Shown one piece after another: positions 8,037 through 20,200 of a stretch of 64,000 bases of DNA. The notes below the pieces were generated by a model, which saw only the letters and a list, made by a program, of their open reading frames with translations, was not told where the DNA came from and made no database searches. Position 1 is the stretch's first letter; each line of letters begins with the position of its first letter. Position numbers and translations under genes: made by a program. Source of the stretch: Syntrophales bacterium (GTDB taxonomy: Bacteria > Desulfobacterota > Syntrophia > Syntrophales > UBA2210); NCBI GenBank assembly GCA_963662405.2, contig CAXXKT010000001.1, forward strand, positions 1,824,001-1,888,000. Reading direction: 5' to 3'.

Positions 8037-9608
8037 GTGCATATCGTGAAAGGGCGTGAGCAAAAATTCCGTTTCAGGATAGTCATCCCGGCCTACCCGG
8101 CCTTCAATATCTACTCCCGGATTGCGAAACAGACAACGGCCCTGGGGCCTGTCTGTGTGGCCACGGTCGTCAGCACAATGGACGGGTGGGATGTCGAGAT
8201 TATTGATGAGAACAATTACCGCAAGTTCGGTCCGCGGGATGAGACCGGTCGTCCCGATCACAACACCCTCCACACCATCAGGCACGCTGATGTAGTGGGC
8301 CTGTACGGGGGGCTGAGCAGCACGGTCCCGAGGCTCTATGAACTGGCCCGATTTTACCGAGGACAGGGCGTCACCACGATTGCCGGCGGCCAGCATTTCA
8401 TCGGCGAGAATATCCGTGAAGCGCTCGACAACGGAGTCGATTTTGTCGTTCTGGGTGAGGGGGAGGATACCGTGCGTGAGCTGCTCCAGGTGCTGCGGGA
8501 GGGTGGTTCCCCCGATCGGGTTGCCGGTATTGCCTATCGAGAGGACGGGCGGGTCGTGCAGACCGCACCACGGGGGGACATCACGGATTTCGACAGTCTG
8601 CCCCTCCCCGATTTCAATCTCCTTCGCTACGCGAAGATCAAGCTGTATCCGATCAGTTGGGTCCGTGGTTGTGGGATGAACTGCGAGTTTTGCACGGTGA
8701 AGGGAAAAGCACGCCCCTCTTCGGTCGAGCGCGTTGTCGAGCAGATCAGTTCTCTCCTGGAGAAGCGCGGCGCGCGGCATTTCTTTATTGTCGACGATCT
8801 GTTCGGCTACCGGCGTGCCGAATCCCTGCGGCTGTGCGAGATGCTGGCCCACTATCAGAAGGCCGTCGGGACGCGGCTGGATATCACCGTGCAGATCAGG
8901 CTGGACCGGGCCAAGGACGCGGAGCTGCTCCAGGCCATGCGAAGCGCGGGGATTACCATGGTCTGTATCGGCTTCGAGTCGCCCATCGGGGAGGAACTGG
9001 CGGCCATGAACAAGAAGATCAATCCGGAGGAGATGCGCGCCATGACCGCGCTGTATCACAAGGCCGGGTTCCTCGTGCACGGCATGTTCATCTTCGGGTA
9101 TCCCCTCCCGAAGGGCGTGGGGGTGACGATGCCCGCCAGACAGCAGGTACGACAGTTCCGGTCCTTCATCAGGAAGACCCGGATCGATACCATCCAGGTC
9201 CTGCTTCCCGTTCCCCTTCCCGGTACGGAGCTGACCGAACGGCTCCGGGCGGATAACCGGATCTTTCCGAGAGACTGCATCGGATGGGAATACTACGACG
9301 GGAATTTCCTGCTCTTCGAGCCGGACGAACCGCTCACGGCGGAGGAGATGCAGACCGCGATCGGAAAGATCATGGGCCGGTTTTACCGGTTCCGGTATAT
9401 GTTCGCGATCGCGGGGAACGTGCTGATCTTTCCGGCCATGGTGTTCTCGCTGTGGAATATCAAATTCGGCTGGGGCAAGTGGTATCGGGCCTGGCGGAAC
9501 GATCTCATGCGCTTCGGCGGCTGGATCATACTCAGGCGCTGGCGGTCCGAGTTCAAAAGAAGCGCGTTTTTTGGAAAAGCTCAGGGAGGCCGAGCAGAGG
9601 CTTCGTGA
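8037..9608 (+). CDS. B12-binding-domain radical SAM protein
   Basis: IAGGQH and VVLGEGE (B12-binding domain); RGCGMNCEFC (CxxxCxxC); TTGTCA-17-CATAAT promoter at 7892-7920. Confidence 0.9.
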   Translation: MHIVKGREQKFRFRIVIPAYPAFNIYSRIAKQTTALGPVCVATVVSTMDGWDVEIIDENNYRKFGPRDETGRPDHNTLHTIRHADVVGLYGGLSSTVPRLYELARFYRGQGVTTIAGGQHFIGENIREALDNGVDFVVLGEGEDTVRELLQVLREGGSPDRVAGIAYREDGRVVQTAPRGDITDFDSLPLPDFNLLRYAKIKLYPISWVRGCGMNCEFCTVKGKARPSSVERVVEQISSLLEKRGARHFFIVDDLFGYRRAESLRLCEMLAHYQKAVGTRLDITVQIRLDRAKDAELLQAMRSAGITMVCIGFESPIGEELAAMNKKINPEEMRAMTALYHKAGFLVHGMFIFGYPLPKGVGVTMPARQQVRQFRSFIRKTRIDTIQVLLPVPLPGTELTERLRADNRIFPRDCIGWEYYDGNFLLFEPDEPLTAEEMQTAIGKIMGRFYRFRYMFAIAGNVLIFPAMVFSLWNIKFGWGKWYRAWRNDLMRFGGWIILRRWRSEFKRSAFFGKAQGGRAEAS

Positions 9609-9735
9609 CTTCGCCCACACAAATGTGACGGACAGCCGGTAGTGGCCTGCGGCGGACCGATAGGGATTTACACCGGGAGCCCGGTTTCTTTCAAAAAACC
9701 GGTGCACCACAACCATGTGACGGAGGATTAATACG

Positions 9736-10557
9736 ATGACATTGCGAGCTGAGATGAGAAACATGGCCCTTTTCTGTGACTTCGAAAATATCGCCCTGGG
9801 CGTCCGCGACGCGAACTACGCGCAATTCGACATCGACAAGGTACTTGAGCGTCTCCTGCTCAAGGGGAACATCGTGGTGAAGAAGGCCTACTGCGACTGG
9901 GCGCGCTACAAGGAATTCAAGGCGGCGATGCACGAGGCCTCCTTCGAACTGATCGAGATCCCCCACGTGCGCCAGGCGGGGAAAAACTCCGCCGATATCC
10001 GGATGGTCGTCGATGCCCTCGATCTCTGCTACACGAAGGAACATGTGGATACCTTCGTCATCATCAGCGGCGATTCCGATTTTTCCCCGCTTGTGAGCAA
10101 GCTGCGGGAGAACAACAAGATCGTGATCGGTGTCGGCGTCAAGAACTCGACATCGGACCTGCTCATGGCAAACTGTGACGAGTTTATCTATTACGACGAC
10201 CTCGTCCGCCGCCAGCCAGCCCGCAAGAAGCCCCCCGCCAAGGAGGGGGCGCGAAAACCGGCCCGGAGCGCGGCCGCCAAGGCCGCAAAGGCCGGGGAGG
10301 ACAGGAAGCAGGAGGCATGGGATCTGATTGTCGAGACTTACGAGGCCCTTGTTGAAGAACGCGGGGAGGAAGAAAAGATATGGGGTTCCATGATCAAGCA
10401 GACCCTGAAGCGTCGCAAACCCGGCTTCAGCGAGTCCTACTACGGGTTCCGCTCCTTCGGACAGCTTTTGGAAGAGGCGGAGGCACAGGGGATCCTCGAT
10501 CTGGAACGGGAGGAAAAGTCGGGTGGCCTGATCATCAAGAGCTTCCACGTTTCATGA
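9736..10557 (+). CDS. NYN (LabA/DUF88) domain protein with a C-terminal OST-HTH/LOTUS-like domain
   Basis: LFCDFENIA, GKNSADIRMVVDA, ISGDSDFSPL, YYGFRSFGQLL. Confidence 0.9.
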   Translation: MTLRAEMRNMALFCDFENIALGVRDANYAQFDIDKVLERLLLKGNIVVKKAYCDWARYKEFKAAMHEASFELIEIPHVRQAGKNSADIRMVVDALDLCYTKEHVDTFVIISGDSDFSPLVSKLRENNKIVIGVGVKNSTSDLLMANCDEFIYYDDLVRRQPARKKPPAKEGARKPARSAAAKAAKAGEDRKQEAWDLIVETYEALVEERGEEEKIWGSMIKQTLKRRKPGFSESYYGFRSFGQLLEEAEAQGILDLEREEKSGGLIIKSFHVS

Positions 10558-10675
10558 CGGCCACTGTTCGGACAGAAGGGCTCCACGAGGAGGGAAAGAG
10601 ATTTCCCCGTGCGGGAGAACATTCGTCGGATTTACGAAAGAGGGTCTTATGGGGCGGCAGAAGTGTGGAATACCG

Positions 10676-11656
10676 TTATTCCGGCGGATACCGGCGCAGG
10701 ATCTCGCTGATGATCCCTTTTTTGTAAAGTTGTTCAAAGGCGTCCACGACCTGGGGATCGAAAAAGGTTTCTTTCCCCGCCATGACCTCGGTAAGGGCCG
10801 CATCTTCAGGCCATGCGTCCTTGTACGGTCGAGCGGTGGTGAGGGCGTCGAAGACATCGGCGACACTGACGATCCGTGAAGAAAGCGGAATCTCTTCGCC
10901 CTTCTTTCCGCTCGGGTAGCCGAACCCGTCCCACCGCTCGTGGTGATTCCCCGCGATATCACGCGCCATCCGGTAGAAGGATTTGTCACGGAGGATGGTA
11001 ACCCCCTCCAGGGGGTGTTTCCGCATCTCCTGCCATTCTCCCGCCGTCAGTTTCCCCGCCTTCATGAGGATGTCGTCCGGGACATGGAGCTTGCCCACGT
11101 CGTGCATCATGCTGGAATATCCGATCTCGGCAACCTCTTCTTCCGGGAGCCCGAGCTGTCCGGCAATGGCCTCGGAATAGCTGCGGACACGCTGGAGGTG
11201 ACTGCCGGTGATGTTGTCCTTTGCCTCCGCCGCCAGGGAGAGCATGAAGATGGCCTCAAGGCTCATCTCGTAGAGCCGCTGCTCCAGGCGCTTCATCTCC
11301 GTGATGTCCCGCGCGATCCCGATATAGGCGACGGGTGTCCCGTCTCTGTCACGGATCTGGGATATGGAGAGGAAGGAATGCCACTGTTCGCCGGATTTCT
11401 TCAGATTGATGATTTCGCCGCGCCACCAGCCGCCGGCCAGGATGACCGACCACATCTCCTTGTAAGTGTCAAGGGTCGTATGAGGCGATTTGAGGATACG
11501 GGGCTTCTGCCCGACCGCTTCTTCCGAGGTGAAACCGGTAATGGTGGTGAATGCGGGGTTGACGAAGAGGATGACGCTGTCGAGATCGGTAATGACAACA
11601 GAGTCAACCGTGTTTTCAAGGGCAAAGCGGAAATAGTCCTCAACGATCATGCTCAT
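10676..11656 (-). CDS. PAS + HD-GYP cyclic-dinucleotide phosphodiesterase
   Basis: N-terminal PAS (FVNPAFTTITGF), MMHDVGK, HHERWDGFGYP; start trimmed to MSMIVED. Confidence 0.9.
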   Translation of the reverse strand: MSMIVEDYFRFALENTVDSVVITDLDSVILFVNPAFTTITGFTSEEAVGQKPRILKSPHTTLDTYKEMWSVILAGGWWRGEIINLKKSGEQWHSFLSISQIRDRDGTPVAYIGIARDITEMKRLEQRLYEMSLEAIFMLSLAAEAKDNITGSHLQRVRSYSEAIAGQLGLPEEEVAEIGYSSMMHDVGKLHVPDDILMKAGKLTAGEWQEMRKHPLEGVTILRDKSFYRMARDIAGNHHERWDGFGYPSGKKGEEIPLSSRIVSVADVFDALTTARPYKDAWPEDAALTEVMAGKETFFDPQVVDAFEQLYKKGIISEILRRYPPE

Positions 11657-11884
11657 GCGATTACCTCTTTTCGTCCCGGATGTTATCTGCCGGTTCCTGA
11701 CGTAAATATTAAACCATAACGCTATCTTCCTGTCAAAATTATTGTACCGCCGGTTTTTGTGCTTGGTCTTGCTGATGCCTTTGGCAAAGCGTTCTGTCAT
11801 TTTGTTGACATTCCGGCACCACGGTGTAAGATGAACGGCGAATCGCTCCCTGGGGGGAGCGTTATCGCACATCAGAGGGGTATT

Positions 11885-12583
11885 ATGAAGACCATCGGTA
11901 TGATCGGCGGAATGAGCTGGGAGTCGACGGTGTCGTACTACCGGCTTGTCAACGAACTCGTCAAAGAGCGGCTCGGCGGTCTCCATTCGGCGCGGGTTGT
12001 CCTGTACAGTGTCGATTTCGCGGAGATCGAGGAACTTCAGGTCGCCGGCAGGTGGGATGAGGCCGGGAAGATCCTGGCGGGTGCGGGGAGGATTGTCGAG
12101 GCCGCCGGAGCGGATTTTCTGGTCCTGTGTACCAACACCATGCACAAGGTGGCGGATGCCATCGAGGCGGCGGTCACGATACCGCTCATCCACATTACCG
12201 ATGCGACGGCGGCCGAGGTGCGAACAGCGGGGTTGTCGACGGTCGGATTGCTCGGTACGCGGTTCACGATGGAGCAGGAGTTTTATCGGGGGCGGCTGGA
12301 GAAACAGCACGGGATCAGAGTTCTGGTGCCGAATGAGCCGAATCGTGATACGGTCCACCGGATCATCTATGACGAACTGTGCGCGGGGATCATTGACGAT
12401 ACCTCCCGGGGCCGATACCGTGAGATTATCGGCAGGCTGGTGAAAGAGGGCGCTCAGGGTATCATCCTCGGGTGTACGGAGATAGCGCTCCTGGTATCGC
12501 AGGCGGACTCTCCGGTTCCGCTCTTCGATACAACCGCTATACACGCACGCAACGCGGTCGATTTCGCCCTTGGGGAGAGGTGA
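11885..12583 (+). CDS. Aspartate/glutamate racemase family protein (YgeA/RacX-like)
   Basis: MKTIGMIGGMSWEST, CTNTMH, LGCTEI. Confidence 0.92.
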   Translation: MKTIGMIGGMSWESTVSYYRLVNELVKERLGGLHSARVVLYSVDFAEIEELQVAGRWDEAGKILAGAGRIVEAAGADFLVLCTNTMHKVADAIEAAVTIPLIHITDATAAEVRTAGLSTVGLLGTRFTMEQEFYRGRLEKQHGIRVLVPNEPNRDTVHRIIYDELCAGIIDDTSRGRYREIIGRLVKEGAQGIILGCTEIALLVSQADSPVPLFDTTAIHARNAVDFALGER

Positions 12584-13278
12584 CGCCTCGGGAGAGATGC
12601 ATGGCCGATCGGGATGCCGTTCTTATTGGTGTGGTCATTATCTGTGTCTTCCTCTGGCGGTGCGCGCGCACCCACTAACTCTATCTGACATCCCTCCACG
12701 TCCACACGCGGGGCCTGAATCCCATACGGTTCAAGCCCCACGACCTTCGCAGCTTTCTTGAACAGACCCTTCTGGGAAGACGCAGCGTAAAACCCGGATC
12801 TTTTTTTGTCCGGGGCATTGTCCCGACGGTTGTTGCGGTTTCTCTCTTTCCCTTTAAAGACTGTGCGCCGCTCCTCTACCGGACCGTTATCGTCATGATT
12901 GTGCTCTATATCCCGTGGTGCATCGTGCACGGCATCCTCTTGAAAAAAAGGCTTTCTCAGTAAACGGCACTTGTTCTCAGGTGGCTTTCTATAAGGTTCA
13001 TTATCACTGAAGCCGAGGTATCTGCGGTGAATCACCATGGATGGAATGATATCTGTATTGCCGTCTGTGGCGTGCTTCGTAAGCCATATGTGAGGAATGA
13101 AGGAATCGGATCTGGTCCGGCAACAAATGAAACGAAGTTAAGGTTTGATTGTGTTTGTCCGATAAAGATAATAGCAGCTTCTAAATGTGTCTTGCCGGTA
13201 TTGAGATAATGGTAAGGCCGGACCGGACCCATGGAGGAGCGAGGCATTATCAGGTACCAGCAAATGGAAAGCTGGTGA

Positions 13279-16200
13279 TTGTCAATGGACGGAACGGGAA
13301 CAGGGATTGCGATGATTTCGAGAGCTGAAAAAGAGCGGATGCGGCAGATTACAGATGCCTTAACGCAGGCGGCGGAAGGACGGTACGACGTGAGACTCAA
13401 TTTCGCATCGGAAGGCGGCCCGCTCGGTTTCGTGGCGAGCGCCGTCAACAAGTTGATCGAGAGAGCCGGTCAGAGTGTTTCCTCGATGGACAGGCCGGTG
13501 GATGATCAGATGCTTGACGTCCAGCGCTACCGGAATATTCTCGACAGTCTCGAAGAGACCTATTTTGAGACCGACCTCGCGGGTCGTCTCCTCTTCTTCA
13601 ACGGGAGGGCACTCAGGGACCTGGGGTATGCCCAAGAAGAGTTCCAAGGTATGCATTTTCAAGACCTCGTGGATGAAACCAATGCCGCCGTGGTGTACGC
13701 GGCGTTTCACGAGGTCTTTGTGACGGGCCGACCGAACAAGGGCTTTGAATGGGAGGTGTTAAAGAAAAACAAGGAAATCATAGAAGTCGAATCATCGGTT
13801 GCCTTGCTGCGTGGTAACAAGGGCGAAGCCGTCGGTTTCCGTGGCGTGGTTCGCGACATCACCGCGCGCAGACAGACCGAGCGGGATCTGCAAGAGCAGG
13901 AGAAGAAATACCGCGAGATCCTGGAAAACATGGAGGACACCTACCTGGAGACGGACCTGAGGGGCAACTTCACCTTTTTCAACGACTCGTTGTGCCGGGC
14001 CCTCGGCTATTCTCGCGAGCAGCTTCAGGGTATTCATTATCGTCTCGTCACCCCACCGGAACGTGTCCGCGAGGTATACCGTGCCTTTCGCGAGATCTAC
14101 ACTACCGGTCGGCAGAAGACCTTTATAGAAAGCAGGGTGATCGCTGCTGATCGTTCGGACGCGTATCTCGAATTTTCCATGTCTCTCCTGCGGTCTTCCG
14201 CAGGTGAACCGATCGGTTTCTGCGGTTTTGGTCGTGATGTTACCGAAAAGATCAAGGCACGGCAGAAGATTCAGGAAAGCGAGAGGCGACTTCGACTCAT
14301 CACCGACAACATCAGCGACATCATCTGGACGATGGACTTCAACCTGCGTTTTACGTACCTGAGCCCGTCAGTCTTTCGCGTACTCGGCTACACGCCGGAA
14401 GAGCTCATGAACCTTCCGCTCAGTCTGATGGTGCCGGAGGATACGTATACGATGTTTCGGCGGCGTCTGGACAACGAGCTGGTTCAGGAACGAAGCGGGG
14501 CTGTTCTTGAAAAGGGGAGAATCCTGACCATTGCGATACCGCTGATACACCGGGACGGAAGCACGCGGTCGATGGAGATCAACATTACCTTCAACCGTGA
14601 CGAGCATGGAAGCCCCTTCGAAATTGTCGGGGTAACACGCGATATCAGTGACCGCAGGCAGATTGAAGAGGCCCTAAGAGACAGCGAACAGCGCCATCGG
14701 GTGATCGTCGAAAACGTCAATGAAGTTGTCTGGACATTCGGCATGGATCTTGGATTCATATCAACCAGCCCGGCAAGTGCCCGTGTAACCGGGTATCCCA
14801 ACGAAGAGATGGTGATGATGAAAGCACAAGATTTGCTCTCACCGGCATCCTTTGAACTGGCCGCGCAGATACTGGACGAAGAGCTTGCAGTGGAAAACAG
14901 CGGACAACCTTTTGACCCGCATCGTTCCCGAACCCTGGAGCTGGAAGTCCGCCGCAAGGATGGCGAGCATATCTGGGTGGAAGTAAATACCAAATTCAAT
15001 CGCGATGCGGATGGCAATCCGACGAAGGTCCTCGTCGTCGGACGGGACATCACCGAACGCAAACAGGCCGAGGAGGCACTGGAAGAGAGCGAGAAACGGT
15101 ACCGGATGATCGTAGAAAACATGCAGGATATCATCTGGACCATGGATCTGAATTTCAACTACGCTTACCGCAGCCCGTCCAACATCCAGATAACCGGCCA
15201 CACCCCGCACGAAATCAGCGAAATTTTACCAAGGGATCTGCTTACCCCGGAATCCTCCGCCCGGGTGGGGCAGGCCTTGACGGAAGAATTGGAAAACGAG
15301 TTCGGCCCCAATCCCGTTGATCCTCACCGGTCGAGGACGCTGGAACTGGAGGCATATCACAAGGACGGCGGAACGGTCTGGATCGAGGTAACGGCGACAT
15401 TCCTCCGCGATGACGAGGGCAACCCCGTTGAAATCCTGCTTGTCGCTCGGGATATGACCGACCGCAAGCGGATCGCGGGTGAGCTGGAAGCAAGCGAACA
15501 GCGCTATCGGATGATTGTCGAGAATATGTCGGATGTTATTATGGTTATGGGCCTCGATTTTACGGAACAGTACCGCAGTCCCTCCGCGGCGCACCTGACC
15601 GGTTACACCCTTGAGGAACTGAGCGCTATTCCCACGCAAGAACAGGTCACCCCGGAGTCCTACGCCCTGGTGGAACAGATACTGATGGAGCAGTTGGAAA
15701 AAGAATCAGATCCTGATGCCGTGGACCTACACTGGTCGCGGACACTGGAAGTGGAACTGTATCACAAAGACGGCGGAACGGTCTGGGTTGAGGAAACGGC
15801 GACGTTCCTCCGTGATGCCGACGGCAGACCTGAGGCAATCGTGCTCGCCATCAGGAATATTACCGAGCGCAAGCAGGCAGAGGAGGAGAAGGAAAGACTG
15901 GAAGGCCAGTTAATCCAATCCCAGAAGATGGAGACCGTTGGTCGCCTGGCGGGGGGCGTGGCACATGATTTCAACAACATGCTCAGCGTTATCCTGGGGT
16001 ATGTAGATCTGGCCAAACTGCGTCTGGTCAAGGAGCATCCCGTCCTCAAGGATATTAACGAGATAGAAAAGGCCGCCGTCCGCTCCCGCGACATTACCTC
16101 GCAACTTCTGGCCTTTTCCCGGAAACAGATTATCACCCCCACGGTCGTCAACCTCAATGACCTGGTCGTCAACACGGAAAAGGCTCTGTCCCCCCTTATC

Positions 16201-17046
16201 GGTGAGGATATCCACCTGAAGGTCCGGATTGAAGAAGAACCCTGGATGATCAAGGTTGATCCGTCCCAGATCGAACAGATCCTGATCAACCTGGCGGTGA
16301 ATGCCCGTGACGCGATGCCTCATGGCGGAAAGTTGACGATCGAAACCCGGAACGTTACCATCGATGAATTCTATTGTCGGGGTCACCTCGACTTTACCCC
16401 CGGTGATTACGTTCAGTTGTCGGTCAGTGACAATGGCACAGGGATGGACCGGGAAACGATGGGGCATATCTTTGAGCCCTTTTTCACCACCAAAGAGATG
16501 GGAAAGGGAACCGGTCTGGGAATGGCCACCGTATACGGAATCGTGAGGCAAAACAGGGGTGTTATCAACACTTACAGCGAGCCGGGACACGGGACGATCT
16601 TTAAGGTCTATCTCCCGCGGACCACCGAGGAAAGAGAGGTCTGGAAAGAGACCGATGAAAAGTCGATTACCGCCGAAGGGGGAACCATCCTTCTGGTGGA
16701 GGATGACCCCATGGTGCTTGAAATTACCAGGGGAATGTTGGAATCCATCGGCTATAACGTGATTGCGGCGGATACGTCACAGGATGCCATGAATCTCTGT
16801 CGTAAAGATGACACGCCGTTCAGTCTGGTTATTACCGATGTGGTGATGCCGGCCATGAGCGGCAAGGAACTGATAGACGAAATCAAAAAGGTCCGACCCG
16901 GCATCAAGGTGCTGTTCATGTCCGGTTATACCGCCGATGCCATCGCTAATCACGGTATATTGGAAGAGGGCATACAATTCTTACAGAAGCCCTTCGGGCT
17001 CAAGGAACTGGCGCGGAAGGTGAGAGAGGTCATGGCGGTCGATTGA
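13279..17046 (+). CDS. Multi-PAS (6) hybrid sensor histidine kinase with C-terminal receiver
   Basis: Repeated [32 protein letters not shown]-terminal REC. Exact start uncertain. Confidence 0.92.
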   Translation: MSMDGTGTGIAMISRAEKERMRQITDALTQAAEGRYDVRLNFASEGGPLGFVASAVNKLIERAGQSVSSMDRPVDDQMLDVQRYRNILDSLEETYFETDLAGRLLFFNGRALRDLGYAQEEFQGMHFQDLVDETNAAVVYAAFHEVFVTGRPNKGFEWEVLKKNKEIIEVESSVALLRGNKGEAVGFRGVVRDITARRQTERDLQEQEKKYREILENMEDTYLETDLRGNFTFFNDSLCRALGYSREQLQGIHYRLVTPPERVREVYRAFREIYTTGRQKTFIESRVIAADRSDAYLEFSMSLLRSSAGEPIGFCGFGRDVTEKIKARQKIQESERRLRLITDNISDIIWTMDFNLRFTYLSPSVFRVLGYTPEELMNLPLSLMVPEDTYTMFRRRLDNELVQERSGAVLEKGRILTIAIPLIHRDGSTRSMEINITFNRDEHGSPFEIVGVTRDISDRRQIEEALRDSEQRHRVIVENVNEVVWTFGMDLGFISTSPASARVTGYPNEEMVMMKAQDLLSPASFELAAQILDEELAVENSGQPFDPHRSRTLELEVRRKDGEHIWVEVNTKFNRDADGNPTKVLVVGRDITERKQAEEALEESEKRYRMIVENMQDIIWTMDLNFNYAYRSPSNIQITGHTPHEISEILPRDLLTPESSARVGQALTEELENEFGPNPVDPHRSRTLELEAYHKDGGTVWIEVTATFLRDDEGNPVEILLVARDMTDRKRIAGELEASEQRYRMIVENMSDVIMVMGLDFTEQYRSPSAAHLTGYTLEELSAIPTQEQVTPESYALVEQILMEQLEKESDPDAVDLHWSRTLEVELYHKDGGTVWVEETATFLRDADGRPEAIVLAIRNITERKQAEEEKERLEGQLIQSQKMETVGRLAGGVAHDFNNMLSVILGYVDLAKLRLVKEHPVLKDINEIEKAAVRSRDITSQLLAFSRKQIITPTVVNLNDLVVNTEKALSPLIGEDIHLKVRIEEEPWMIKVDPSQIEQILINLAVNARDAMPHGGKLTIETRNVTIDEFYCRGHLDFTPGDYVQLSVSDNGTGMDRETMGHIFEPFFTTKEMGKGTGLGMATVYGIVRQNRGVINTYSEPGHGTIFKVYLPRTTEEREVWKETDEKSITAEGGTILLVEDDPMVLEITRGMLESIGYNVIAADTSQDAMNLCRKDDTPFSLVITDVVMPAMSGKELIDEIKKVRPGIKVLFMSGYTADAIANHGILEEGIQFLQKPFGLKELARKVREVMAVD

Positions 17047-17269
17047 CCCGGTCCGAACGGATATCTCCGCACCTTCTCTTTCTGAGGAATGATGTATGAA
17101 AATCAATATTATCATCGCAAATCACGACTACCTTGCCACATGCACCATGGGACGGCTATAAAATCGTTGTTGCAATAAAGGGTCGTCGGGGAATAAAAAC
17201 AAGGATGGTCTCACCCTCGACCGGATTTTTTTATGATACGGATTAAGCAACAGGTGACACTACGGAGGA

Positions 17270-20200
17270 ATGATGCGTGAACACGTTCTGATCGTTGACG
17301 ATGAAAATGCCAATCTCTATATGATAGAAACACTGCTGAAGGGACATGGCTTTCAGGTGACTTCAGCTGAAAACGGAAAGGATGCCCTAGAGAAGGCCCG
17401 TCTTGTCCCCCCCGACCTGATCGTCACCGACATCCTGATGCCGGTAATGGACGGTTACGCCTTGTGCCGGGAGTGGAAATCGGACAATACGCTGAAAGAG
17501 ATCCCTTTTGTATTTTACACCGCAACCTATACCGATCCCAAAGACGAGGTCTTTGCCCTCGGCCTCGGAGCGGACCGATTCATTCTCAAACCACAAGAAC
17601 CCGAGGTATTGATCAGTATACTGCACGAAGTCCTGCAACAGACCGGTACGGAAAAAGAGCGGAACACGAAACCCCTCGGTGAAGAGATGGAATTTTTCAG
17701 GCGGCATAACGAGATCCTCTTTAAAAAACTTGAGAAAAAGATGGCGGATCTGGAAACCGTGAACAGGCAACTCAGGGAGAGTGAAGAATGGTACCGGATG
17801 ATTGCCGAGAAGATAACCGATATCGTGTGGCTGGCCGACATGGACCTGCGGACGACATACGTTACCCCCTCGGTACAGGGGGTACTGGGTTTTACCCCGG
17901 AAGAATGGATCCATCAGGCCGCCGATCAGCAGTTTACCCCCGAATCGCTGGCCTATGGGATGGAGGCCCTGACCCGGGAGTTCGCGCTCGAAGAGGAGGG
18001 AAATGCGGAGCCCGACAGGGTCGCGCACCTTGTCCTGGAATACTACCACAAGGACGGATCGACCCGCTGGATGGATACGGACATAACCGGTATTCGTGAC
18101 GACAGGGGGACCCTGACGGGGTTGTACGGTGTGTCGCGTGATGTCACTGCCCGCAAACAGGCCGAGGATGAACTCAAAGGTACGAAGGCATTGTATCAAT
18201 TGCTCTTTGAAGATGCACCCCATGGCGTGGTGATCCTGGACCCCGAAACGGCCCGAATCGTGGGATTCAACGAAAAGGCATGCCTGCAACTGGGCTATTC
18301 GCGCGAGGAATTTGCGGAATTGAACGTTTCCGATATTGAGGAAATCGAATCGCTCGATGAAATCAAAGCGACGATCGCACAAGTTATCCATAAAGGCAGA
18401 GCCGATTTCGAAACACGCCATCGGACAAAACAGGGTGAAGTCAGGGATGTCAAGGTAACGGCGCAATATGCGGAGATTCAAGGGAAGCACGTTTACCACT
18501 GCGTGTGGCAAGACATCACCGAGCTCAAGAAGGCCGAGGAGGCCCTCAGGGACAGCGAACAGCGCTATCGTTTGATTGTCGAAAACGTGAACGATATCGT
18601 CTGGATTGTGGGGCTGGATCTCCAGTTTGTCTACGTCAGCCCTTCAAACACACGCGTCTCCGGATACACGCGTGAAGAGATCATGAAAATGGCATTGAGT
18701 GATGTGGTCATTCCCGAGTCCTTTGAACTGGCATCGCAGATTCTTTCAAAGGAACTCGCCCTGGAGGCCTCCGGACAGTCCTTCGACCCGAACCGCTCCA
18801 AGACCTTAGAGCTTGAAGTCTATCACAAGGACGGCAGGCAAGTCTGGCTGGAGGTGAGTGCCGCTTTTAATCGTGACGATGAAGGTCGTCCGATGGAGAT
18901 CCTTGCCGTGGGAAGGGATATTACCGACCGCAAACGGGCCGAGGGGCAGCTCCGGGAGAGCGAGAAAAAGTACCGGACCATTCTCGAAGAGATGGAGGAA
19001 GGATACTGGGAAGTGGATCTTGCGGGGCGTTATATCTCCTGCAACGATGCTTTGTGCAAGATCCACGGTTTTCCGCCTGAGAAATTGATGAAGATGACCT
19101 TTCGTGATTATACCGACCCCGAGACGGCAGAGAGGATAGCCACGGTTTGTAATCAGGTCTATCGAACAGGGAAACCCTCCCGGATTAGCGATCACGAAAT
19201 CATACGGGGAGACGGTACCACGGGGAGGGTCGAGTTCAACGTCTCCTTGATGAGGGAGGATGAAGGGAGCCCGATCGGGTTCCGGGGCATTACCCGTGAC
19301 GTCACGAAACGAATACAGGCCGAGCAGAACCTGCGGGAGAGCGAAGAAAAGTACCGCACCATCCTCGAATCCATTGAAGACGGATACTGGGAAGTAGATC
19401 TCAAGGGGAGATACACCTTCTGCAACGATGCCCTGTGCGCATTGATGGCACGTTCTCGTGAAGAGATCATCGGGATGAACAATCGTTCATATGTCGATCC
19501 TGACGTGGCGGAGAAGGTCTATAGGATTTTCAACGCGGTCTACCGGACGGGAATCCCGGCAAGCGTAATGGATTATCGATTTGAGAGAGTTGACGGCCGC
19601 ATGGTAACGCACGAATTATCCGTTCATTTGCGAAGAGATGCCGCAGGGGCCCCGATCGGATTCCGGGGCATTTCCCGTGACGTGACCGAGCGACGTACGA
19701 TGGAGGAAGCACTGGCGGAGAGTGAACGGCGCTACCGGATGATCGTGGAGAATATGCATGACAGTATCACGCTGCTTGATCTCGATCTGAACTACGTCTA
19801 TCAGAGCCCTTCGGGAACTCGGTCTGTCGGGTATGCCCCTCAAGAGATCAGGAATATGCCCGTACAGGATCAGATGACCCCCGAATCATATCGCCTGCTG
19901 GAGCAGGTGCTGGTGGAAGAATTCGCGTTGGAATCCAGCGGAAAACCCGTCGACCCTCACCGGTCCCGCACTATGGAGCTGGAGATCTATCACAAGGACG
20001 GCGGGACGGTCTGGGAAGAAACCACGGCGAGTTTTCAACGGGACGAACAGGGAAGACCGGTCGGTATTCTTTTGACCAGTCGTGATATTACTGATCGCAA
20101 ACGAGCCGAGGAACGGTTGCGGGAGAGTGAAGAGAAATACCGTACGATCCTCGATTCCATAGAGGAGGGCTACTGGGAGGTAGATCTCAAAGGGAGCTAC

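Noticed and set aside
7944..10548. 606-aa and 285-aa minus-strand ORFs
   Set aside because: Antisense shadows of the radical SAM and NYN genes in GC-rich DNA.
11657..12544. N-terminal extension of the HD-GYP ORF
   Set aside because: Overlaps the racemase on the opposite strand; RBS and domain start fit 11656.
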